From the NCBI GenBank assembly GCA_903929005.1, contig CAIYTC010000177.1, positions 1-56,189 on the forward strand: a stretch of DNA of 56,189 nt, read 5' to 3'. Source of the DNA: an uncultured Dehalococcoidia bacterium (lineage in GTDB: Bacteria; Chloroflexota; Dehalococcoidia; GIF9; UBA5629). The notes below the pieces were generated by a model that had not been told where the DNA came from, did not search any database, and was given only the letters and a program-made list of their open reading frames with translations. Numbering within the stretch: position 1 is the stretch's first letter; every line of letters starts with the position of its first letter. The position numbers and the translations under genes were made by a program. Positions 26,953 to 33,407 of this stretch are shown here, piece by piece.

Positions 26953-28407
26953 TCAGCCTCCCGAATATATTTTATTTCCCGTAGCTATTGATAAAAATTT
27001 CCCGTCTGACGATTTAGTTTTTTCCCCGTCAAGAAGTGTGCGCCTGTGCAGGAACAGGTTGCCGTCCTCGTCTATGTAACCTGTGTCGCCCGAATACAGC
27101 CATCCGTCCCGCAGCATGTCAGCCGTTTCCTGCGGCTGCTGCCAGTACTCTTTCATCAGGTTGGGCGCCTTGAAGCAAATCTCGCCGGGTTGCCCGGCCT
27201 TCTTGCTGCCCCGGCCGGTTTCTGCATCAGCAACCCGGATAATTACGTCCGGCAGGGGCAACCCCACCGAACCTTCTTTATTTTCACCCAGTACAGAATT
27301 GAGCGTAGCAGCCTGCATGCACTCTGTCATGGTGTAGCCTTCCAGCAGCCTGCCGCCGGTCATACTTTCAAAGCGTTTCTTGGTCTCGGCCATCAGCGGG
27401 GCGGCGCCCACAATACATAATTTCAGGCTCTCCAGCGCGACCTTGCCCGATTTAACCAGCGGGTGGTTCATAATGCCGATATAGAAAGTCGGCACGCCCG
27501 TCATGCAAGCCGGTTTATATTTTTTAATGCTTTTGACCACGTCCGTGAGGTCGCGCGGGTCGGGTATAAGGACACAGGATGAATGATTGACCATGGCCAA
27601 GCCCAGGGCGCCCACACAGCCGGATACGTGAAATAACGGCATAGTCAGCGCCACCCTGTCATACCACTCCTCAAGCACCGGGCTCAGCCATGCCTTTATC
27701 TGCATGGCAGTCATTACCAGCGCCTGGTGAGTACCCACGGCGCCTTTGGGTGTGCCGGCAGTGCCGCCGCTGAAGAGGATCACGGCCGCATCTGAGGGCT
27801 TCACCTCAATAGCAGGGCGTGCGGCGTTCTTAAATTTTCTCAGCAAATCCTGGAACCATGCATCCCCCCCCTGCAGGGCTATGCGGTGGCCTTCCTTTTT
27901 CTCTTTAACCAGCGTAAAAAGCAGGCCCATGTGCGCGGGCAGGTACTCTTTAACATTAGTTGCGATAACCGCCTTAACCCCGGTCCTGGCCTGCACCGCC
28001 TTCACGGCGGTGTAGAAGGGTGTCAGCGCGATAACAGCAGCAGCGCCCACTTCGTTCAAGGCATGTTCCATTTCGTGCTCCGTGTACAGCGGATTTACCG
28101 GGACGGCGATGGCGCCTGCTTTCCAGATTGCGTGGAAGCCAAGTATCATCTGGGGACAATTGGGCAAAAGCATGGCCACACGGTCACCCTTCTGCACGCC
28201 CAGGGAAATAAGACCTGCGGCCAGGGCATCGCTCTGGCGGATAAAATCAGCATACAATAGCCTGGAGCCTTGGAAAAACAGCACTGCCCGGTAAGGCCTG
28301 GCCCTGGCAGACTCATCGACGATATCGATCATAGTCTTGGGCGGATAAGGTTTCAGCGTGCGCGGCACACCTTTATCATAATTCTTTAACCATGGACATC
28401 GTTCCAA
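26953..28407 (-). CDS. Acyl-CoA ligase lacking the C-terminal subdomain (truncated, possible pseudogene)
   Basis: FSGGTAGTPKG, YTMTE and SGDTG are present, but homology stops at the hinge (GNLFLHRR) and there is no PKTxVGK motif. Confidence 0.8.
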   Translation of the reverse strand: MERCPWLKNYDKGVPRTLKPYPPKTMIDIVDESARARPYRAVLFFQGSRLLYADFIRQSDALAAGLISLGVQKGDRVAMLLPNCPQMILGFHAIWKAGAIAVPVNPLYTEHEMEHALNEVGAAAVIALTPFYTAVKAVQARTGVKAVIATNVKEYLPAHMGLLFTLVKEKKEGHRIALQGGDAWFQDLLRKFKNAARPAIEVKPSDAAVILFSGGTAGTPKGAVGTHQALVMTAMQIKAWLSPVLEEWYDRVALTMPLFHVSGCVGALGLAMVNHSSCVLIPDPRDLTDVVKSIKKYKPACMTGVPTFYIGIMNHPLVKSGKVALESLKLCIVGAAPLMAETKKRFESMTGGRLLEGYTMTECMQAATLNSVLGENKEGSVGLPLPDVIIRVADAETGRGSKKAGQPGEICFKAPNLMKEYWQQPQETADMLRDGWLYSGDTGYIDEDGNLFLHRRTLLDGEKTKSSDGKFLSIATGNKIYSGG

Positions 28408-28468
28408 GTTACTACTCCAATCCGCACAGTACAGTATGCAAAACCTGACTTCAGGGTATTTTCAATCG

Positions 28469-28512
28469 TTGATTGATTGGTCAAATTGTATCACAGTGAC
28501 TCGTAAAGTCAA
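28469..28512 (-). promoter_or_regulatory. Promoter of the ligase array with overlapping TetR-like operator
   Basis: Minus strand TTGACT-16 nt-TACAAT with extended -10 TG; imperfect inverted repeat TTGATTGATTGGTCAA at 28469-28484 over the expected start site. Confidence 0.5.
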
Positions 28513-28558
28513 GTCAGGCGATCACAACCCGTGCAGCTACAATTTAATCGTGCCATCC

Positions 28559-29605
28559 CTACGTGGACAGCGCTTGCCGGCGGAGCTGCCCGCAGGCCGC
28601 CTGGATGCCCGCCCCACGCTGCTCCCTCTGCGTCACCATAACACCCGCCTCTTCCAGCACACGCCGGAAGTCCACAATCCTAATAGCCTCCGGCGGATAG
28701 AAACCGCTTTCCGCCACCGTATTGAAAGGGATCAGGTTCACATGGCAGTTCTGCCCTTTTAAGAGATCGGCCAGCCTGGCAGAGTCGGCCTTGCCATCGT
28801 TTACCCCTTTGAGCAGGCAGTATTCAAAGGTCACCCTGCGGCTGGTTTCCCTGAAATAGTGCTTGCAGGCATCGGTTATTTCCTGCAGCGTGAAACGCGT
28901 CATGCCGGGCACCAACTTCCTGCGCAGGGCATCGTCGGCGGCGTGCAGCGAAACAGCCAGCGTACATTGCAGATCCTCGCCTGCCAATCTGTATATGCCG
29001 GGCACGTAGCCGATCGTGCTCAGCGTGACATTGCGCATGCCGATTTTCAATTCGGTATTGAGCAAATGCACCGCCGCCAGGGTGGCATCGTAATTTAATA
29101 ACGGCTCGCCCATGCCCATGAAGACCACATGGCTGACCCTGCCCTCCCCGTCGAGCAATTTCTCCTTAATGGCAACCTCGCCAACAGAGAGCACCTGGTC
29201 AACTATTTCCCCTGCCGACAGGTTGCGTTTAAACCCGCCGGCGCCGGTAGCGCAGAAAGCGCAGCCGATGGGACAGCCGACCTGGGTGGATACGCAGCAG
29301 GAAAAGCGGCCTTCATAAGGCATGCCCACCGTCTCGACCAGCTCCCCATAGGCAGGCTGCAAGAGCAACTTGAAGGTGCCGTCTTTTGACTTGCTGGTCT
29401 TTTTCACCAGGGAGCGGCCTGCCTCGTAGCCCTCCTCCAACTTCGTCTTGAAGGCAACAGGCAAATTAGCCATTTGGCTCATTTTATTGCACCCCTGCCG
29501 GTAGAGCCAGTCAGCTACCTGCTTTCCGCGGAACTCCTTTTCGCCCAGTTCAACAGCGAGTAGCTTCAGTTCAGCTGTAGACATGCCCAGCAATATTTTC
29601 CTCAT
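28559..29605 (-). CDS. rlmN: 23S rRNA (adenine2503-C2)-methyltransferase RlmN
   Basis: CVSTQVGCPIGCAFC, VFMGMGEPL, SLHA, NLIPFN, AACGQL; start reassigned to ATG 29605. Confidence 0.95.
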   Translation of the reverse strand: MRKILLGMSTAELKLLAVELGEKEFRGKQVADWLYRQGCNKMSQMANLPVAFKTKLEEGYEAGRSLVKKTSKSKDGTFKLLLQPAYGELVETVGMPYEGRFSCCVSTQVGCPIGCAFCATGAGGFKRNLSAGEIVDQVLSVGEVAIKEKLLDGEGRVSHVVFMGMGEPLLNYDATLAAVHLLNTELKIGMRNVTLSTIGYVPGIYRLAGEDLQCTLAVSLHAADDALRRKLVPGMTRFTLQEITDACKHYFRETSRRVTFEYCLLKGVNDGKADSARLADLLKGQNCHVNLIPFNTVAESGFYPPEAIRIVDFRRVLEEAGVMVTQREQRGAGIQAACGQLRRQALST

Positions 29606-29669
29606 TTTAGATTTCCCTGCCCAATTATGTATTACTGACGGGCGGACTGCAAGGATTAACAAATCCGGT

Positions 29670-29698
29670 TTGACATCCCCGTTTTTTGGGAGTAGCAT
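29670..29698 (+). promoter_or_regulatory. Sigma70 promoter of the orphan structured transcript
   Basis: TTGACA-17 nt-TAGCAT. Confidence 0.7.
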
Positions 29699-29703
29699 GA
29701 AAC

Positions 29704-29996
29704 CGAGGGTAATAAACAAGACTAACCCTCGCGGAGGTGGTTAATGGTCAAAAAACAGGCCATGCTCGTGATATGGCACTTTCCTTTGACATGCTCTCAT
29801 CTGCGCGGGGAGCAGAGGTAAGCTCCCCTGACGCAGGCAGTGAGAGCCTGTAAAACTCCCGAGCTCTCCGGTACGTAGCAGTAAAGCTGCGGAATTATGG
29901 ACAAAGCAGAGAAATCAGGCTTGCCTGAATGGGGGAGTAGGGAGGAAAACGGATCTGAAAGATCTAAGGGGCTTCGCGTTGCGAAGCCCCTTTTTT
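29704..29996 (+). ncRNA. Candidate structured ncRNA (may also encode a 25-aa peptide at 29744..29821)
   Basis: Own promoter and intrinsic terminator; many nested stems; no long + strand CDS fits inside. Confidence 0.6.
29966..29996 (+). terminator. Rho-independent terminator
   Basis: AAGGGGCTTCGC-GTT-GCGAAGCCCCTT followed by a T run. Confidence 0.88.
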
Positions 29997-30025
29997 ATTC
30001 TCTTATATTACCGTTTCGCGGCTTT

Positions 30026-30982
30026 CTAATACCCGTCAGTTGCATTCAATCCTTTGGCTTTGAATATATCAATTATCCCGCACATGCGCTCGCTGGTGAG
30101 CGGTGTGCGGCCGTTCAGTTGGTAGGCCCGGCCCAGCGACTGGTACTTGGCCCGGCCCCACTCATGATAGCCCAGCAGCGACATTTTCTCGGCCTTCATG
30201 CCCTGCAGCTTGCCGGCCAGCGCCTGCATATATTTATCGCTGTCGTTGTAACCGGGGATGACTGGCAACCTGATCCAAATGCGGGATTTATTGGCATTCA
30301 TGGCCTTCTCCAAATTAGAGAGGATAAGCTTGTTGTCCACACCTGTACCATCGCGGTGCTCCTCAGCGTCGACATGCTTGACATCAAAAAGCACCAGGTC
30401 GGTATATTCCAGCGCTTTCTCCAATATCTCCCAGGGTACATGTCCGCAAGTATCCAGGGCAGTGTTGAAACCGCGCTCTTTAAGACAGGTGAGCAACTCC
30501 AGGGCGAAACCGGCCTGAAGCAAAGGTTCACCGCCCGACAGGGTGACGCCTCCTCCCGAGTTGCGGTAGAAAAGCTCATCTTTTGAGCACTCTTCGACCA
30601 CCTCCCCAACGCTCATCTGCCTGCCGGCCAGCTCAAGGGCGTCTTCCCAGCAGACTTCCATGCATTTCAGGCAGAGGTCGCATTTATCCCTGTCCAACCG
30701 CAGGCCGCTGGCAGCCAGCGAGAGCGCGCCAGGTGCACAGACCGTAATGCAGCGCCCGCAGCCGTTGCAGCGGGCCTCCCTGACCATTAACTCGGCAGCC
30801 GGACTGAGCGATTCAGGGTTGGAGCACCACTTGCAGCGCAGGGGGCAACCCTTGAAAAAGACCGTGCTCCTGATGCCCGGACCGTCATGTATGCTGTAGC
30901 GCTGGATGTTGAAGACCAGGCCTTTAGTGTCCGTACCGCCCTTGTACGCGCTTCCGGCAGGCTCCCGTGAATCTAAAAGCAC
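30026..30982 (-). CDS. Glycyl-radical enzyme activating enzyme (radical SAM with ferredoxin-like insertion)
   Basis: HDGPGIRSTVFFKGCPLRCKWCSNPE, two extra CxxCxxCxxxC motifs, GGVTLSGGEP; overlaps the GRE stop. Confidence 0.93.
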   Translation of the reverse strand: MLLDSREPAGSAYKGGTDTKGLVFNIQRYSIHDGPGIRSTVFFKGCPLRCKWCSNPESLSPAAELMVREARCNGCGRCITVCAPGALSLAASGLRLDRDKCDLCLKCMEVCWEDALELAGRQMSVGEVVEECSKDELFYRNSGGGVTLSGGEPLLQAGFALELLTCLKERGFNTALDTCGHVPWEILEKALEYTDLVLFDVKHVDAEEHRDGTGVDNKLILSNLEKAMNANKSRIWIRLPVIPGYNDSDKYMQALAGKLQGMKAEKMSLLGYHEWGRAKYQSLGRAYQLNGRTPLTSERMCGIIDIFKAKGLNATDGY

Positions 30983-33369
30983 TGCGGAGTCCTGGCTATG
31001 ATGGAATCCTGTATATTCCTGTCCAGGTCGATAAAGTAGGCAGCGAAGCCGGCCACCCTTACCATCAGCGCGGGGTACTTCTCAGGATGCTCCTGCGCAT
31101 CCTCCAGCGTCTCCCGGTTCACGGTGGAGAACTGGATATGATGTATGCCCATATCGGCGAACGTTTTGAGATACTGCGCGAAGACCCCGGCGTTATGCCC
31201 TACCAGGTACTGCGGCATGAAGCTCTGGTTGAAGAGGTGGTTCCAGCTTATCAGCGGGTCCACCTTGGCCACGGAGCGCAGCACGGCGGTCGGGCCTTTC
31301 TTATCGCGACCGGCCATGGGGGAGATGGTACCGTCGTTGAAGGGGTCGCCCAGCATCCGGCCATCCGCGGTCGCGGCGCAGACCCTGCCGAAGCTCCACC
31401 AGGCAGTGGCGGCTGTGCCGTCAATGTGCACGGGGCCGCCCCAGTTGGTCTTGCATTTAGCGGTCTCCTCTTCGAGGCGGCGGGCCACGTCGCGCGAGGT
31501 CAGGTCGGCATAGTCGTCGTCATTGCCGAATTTGGGTGCGCGCAGGCACATCTGCCGGATCTCCTCGAAGCCCTTCCAGTTGTTTTTGAGCGCCTCTACA
31601 AGCTGCGTCATGGTGATTCTCTTATCGTCAAAAACCAGCTTCTTGACCGCGGTCAGCGAGTCCGCCACGGTGTTGAGTCCGAAGAGCGTCACATCGCGGT
31701 AATCGGGCATGTAGTTCCAATCGCGCACGTCCTGCGACCTCTCGATGCAATCATCGATGACGGAGGACAGGAAGGGACGCGGCGCCCACTCTTTATAGAG
31801 GGCGTCGGCGATATTGGCGATGCGCACCAGGCGGTGTATGACCAGCCGGTAGTTCTCCATGGTGGCATCGAAGAGCTCCTCCATGGAGGTTATCTTCCCG
31901 GGGTCAAGTACCTTGTTGCCTGCCCTCTTGTAAATGGCCAACGGGTCAATGCCCAGCGCCTGGTTGAGGCAGAGGGGAGCGGGCACGCCGCTGGCCCATG
32001 CCGATATATGGCTGAAGTTCTTGCCGGGGATGGTGGGCACCATGCAGTTGTTGATGGAGTAATTGCGCGCATCTTCGAGCGGGGTGCCCAGGTTGACCAG
32101 CCTCTGAACAACGACCTTGTCATTGAAGATGGCCGGTTGGGGCATGCCCGACGCCAGGCACTCGATGGCCTTGTCCACCAGTTTCGGGGGTATGCCGTCA
32201 TGCCAGCGCAGGGCCAGCGGCGGAACGATGGCGCGCACGCTCATAGTAGCATCGAGGATGATAAAGCTCATCTCGCCGGTTACATCGCGGCCTTTAGAAT
32301 CCACACCGCCGATGGTCACCGTCTGGAAGCCCAGCGCGCCGCCGCCGAAGCCGGACCAGATAGGCGCGTGCAGGAAACCGGTCTCCTGGAATTTCACAAA
32401 AAGGAACTCTACCAGCTCCTGGGCCGACTCGCGGGTTACCTTGCCGGCGGCCAGGTCGTTTTCGTAGAAGGGATTGAAGACAACATCGAACCTGATGCCG
32501 GAGCCCACCTGGGGCATCTCCAGGAAATTCACCACCAGGTGGATAAACCAGTAAGACTGAATGGCCTCGTGCAGTGTGCGGGCGGGATCCTCGGGAACGC
32601 GGTCGCAGATATCGGCGATGTTCTCGAGTTCCACCTTGCGCAGCACTTCCTTCTCAGATTTGGCCAGGCTGCGCGCCAGTGCCGCGTACCTTTTGGACCA
32701 CCGGCTGACGGCCTCCAGTGTTATGATAGCGCCCTGCAGGAAATCCTTCCTTTTAACAAAATCAATGCCGTTGATGGTCTCAGCCATATATTCTTCATCA
32801 AGCTTCTTGAGACGCTCCTTAGCTTCCTCCAGGATACCTTTCAGCCCCATGGAAAGTATCTTGTCATAGTTGGGCGTGGCCGATTCCCAGTTGAAGATCC
32901 AGAACTGCTCGGCCAGCTCCTTGGTCAGGTATTTTTTGGCCATGTGGTGGATGGAGCGGTCGCCCCAGTAGGCGCCTATCTCCTTGAGCTCCTGTCTGCC
33001 CTCGTCGGTGAGCATGCTGGTGTAGACCTGGCCGGGGGCGGTCTCACGGGCTATCCACTTCCAGGCCAGTTCGGGGTAAAAGGGCACCGAATCGCTGTTG
33101 GAGGCGTAATTGCCCACGATCATTTCGTCGGGCCGGATATAAATTGTCATGTTATCCAAAAGGTGCGCCAGCGCCCTGGCGCGGCGCAGCGAAGTGGGTT
33201 GCCCCTCGGTTTGCTTGTATGATTGTGTCACCAGCTTCGCGCGCTCCAGGTCGAGCGACCAGATGAAGCCCGGCCTGGTGGCCCTGGCATCAGCGCTGAG
33301 CGACTCCAGCGCCACCTGCTGCGCCTTGATAGGAGTCTTAACCATTAATTCCTGCGTTCTTGTGGTCAT
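30973..33369 (-). CDS. Glycyl radical enzyme (PFL-like family), function unknown
   Basis: Gly loop LMVRVAGFAAYF; PKFGNDDD; Cys loop NNCMVP. Confidence 0.92.
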   Translation of the reverse strand: MTTRTQELMVKTPIKAQQVALESLSADARATRPGFIWSLDLERAKLVTQSYKQTEGQPTSLRRARALAHLLDNMTIYIRPDEMIVGNYASNSDSVPFYPELAWKWIARETAPGQVYTSMLTDEGRQELKEIGAYWGDRSIHHMAKKYLTKELAEQFWIFNWESATPNYDKILSMGLKGILEEAKERLKKLDEEYMAETINGIDFVKRKDFLQGAIITLEAVSRWSKRYAALARSLAKSEKEVLRKVELENIADICDRVPEDPARTLHEAIQSYWFIHLVVNFLEMPQVGSGIRFDVVFNPFYENDLAAGKVTRESAQELVEFLFVKFQETGFLHAPIWSGFGGGALGFQTVTIGGVDSKGRDVTGEMSFIILDATMSVRAIVPPLALRWHDGIPPKLVDKAIECLASGMPQPAIFNDKVVVQRLVNLGTPLEDARNYSINNCMVPTIPGKNFSHISAWASGVPAPLCLNQALGIDPLAIYKRAGNKVLDPGKITSMEELFDATMENYRLVIHRLVRIANIADALYKEWAPRPFLSSVIDDCIERSQDVRDWNYMPDYRDVTLFGLNTVADSLTAVKKLVFDDKRITMTQLVEALKNNWKGFEEIRQMCLRAPKFGNDDDYADLTSRDVARRLEEETAKCKTNWGGPVHIDGTAATAWWSFGRVCAATADGRMLGDPFNDGTISPMAGRDKKGPTAVLRSVAKVDPLISWNHLFNQSFMPQYLVGHNAGVFAQYLKTFADMGIHHIQFSTVNRETLEDAQEHPEKYPALMVRVAGFAAYFIDLDRNIQDSIIARTPQCF

Positions 33370-33407
33370 ATTCTGCCTCCTGATTTGGTCGTCCTATATA
33401 AACTTTA

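Noticed and set aside
29704-29996. Identification as RNase P, tmRNA, SRP, T-box or riboswitch
   Set aside because: The minus strand has GGAAAGTGCCA, reminiscent of RNase P, but the GAGGAAAGTCC core is absent. There are no tRNA-like ends, SRP loop or T-box motif, and no downstream gene on the + strand.
29897-30586. 229-aa + strand ORF starting inside the structured RNA
   Set aside because: Runs through a strong terminator and is antisense to the GRE activase; no recognisable protein features
30967-33222. 751-aa + strand ORF antisense to the glycyl radical enzyme
   Set aside because: Shadow ORF of a GC-rich gene; no motifs and no RBS. The same applies to other long antisense ORFs such as 36496..37815, 42709..43728 and 2011..2829.
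30973-33369. Calling the GRE pyruvate formate-lyase or benzyl/alkylsuccinate synthase
   Set aside because: No adjacent Cys-Cys pair as in PFL; no downstream Arg and no small-subunit genes as in fumarate-adding enzymes
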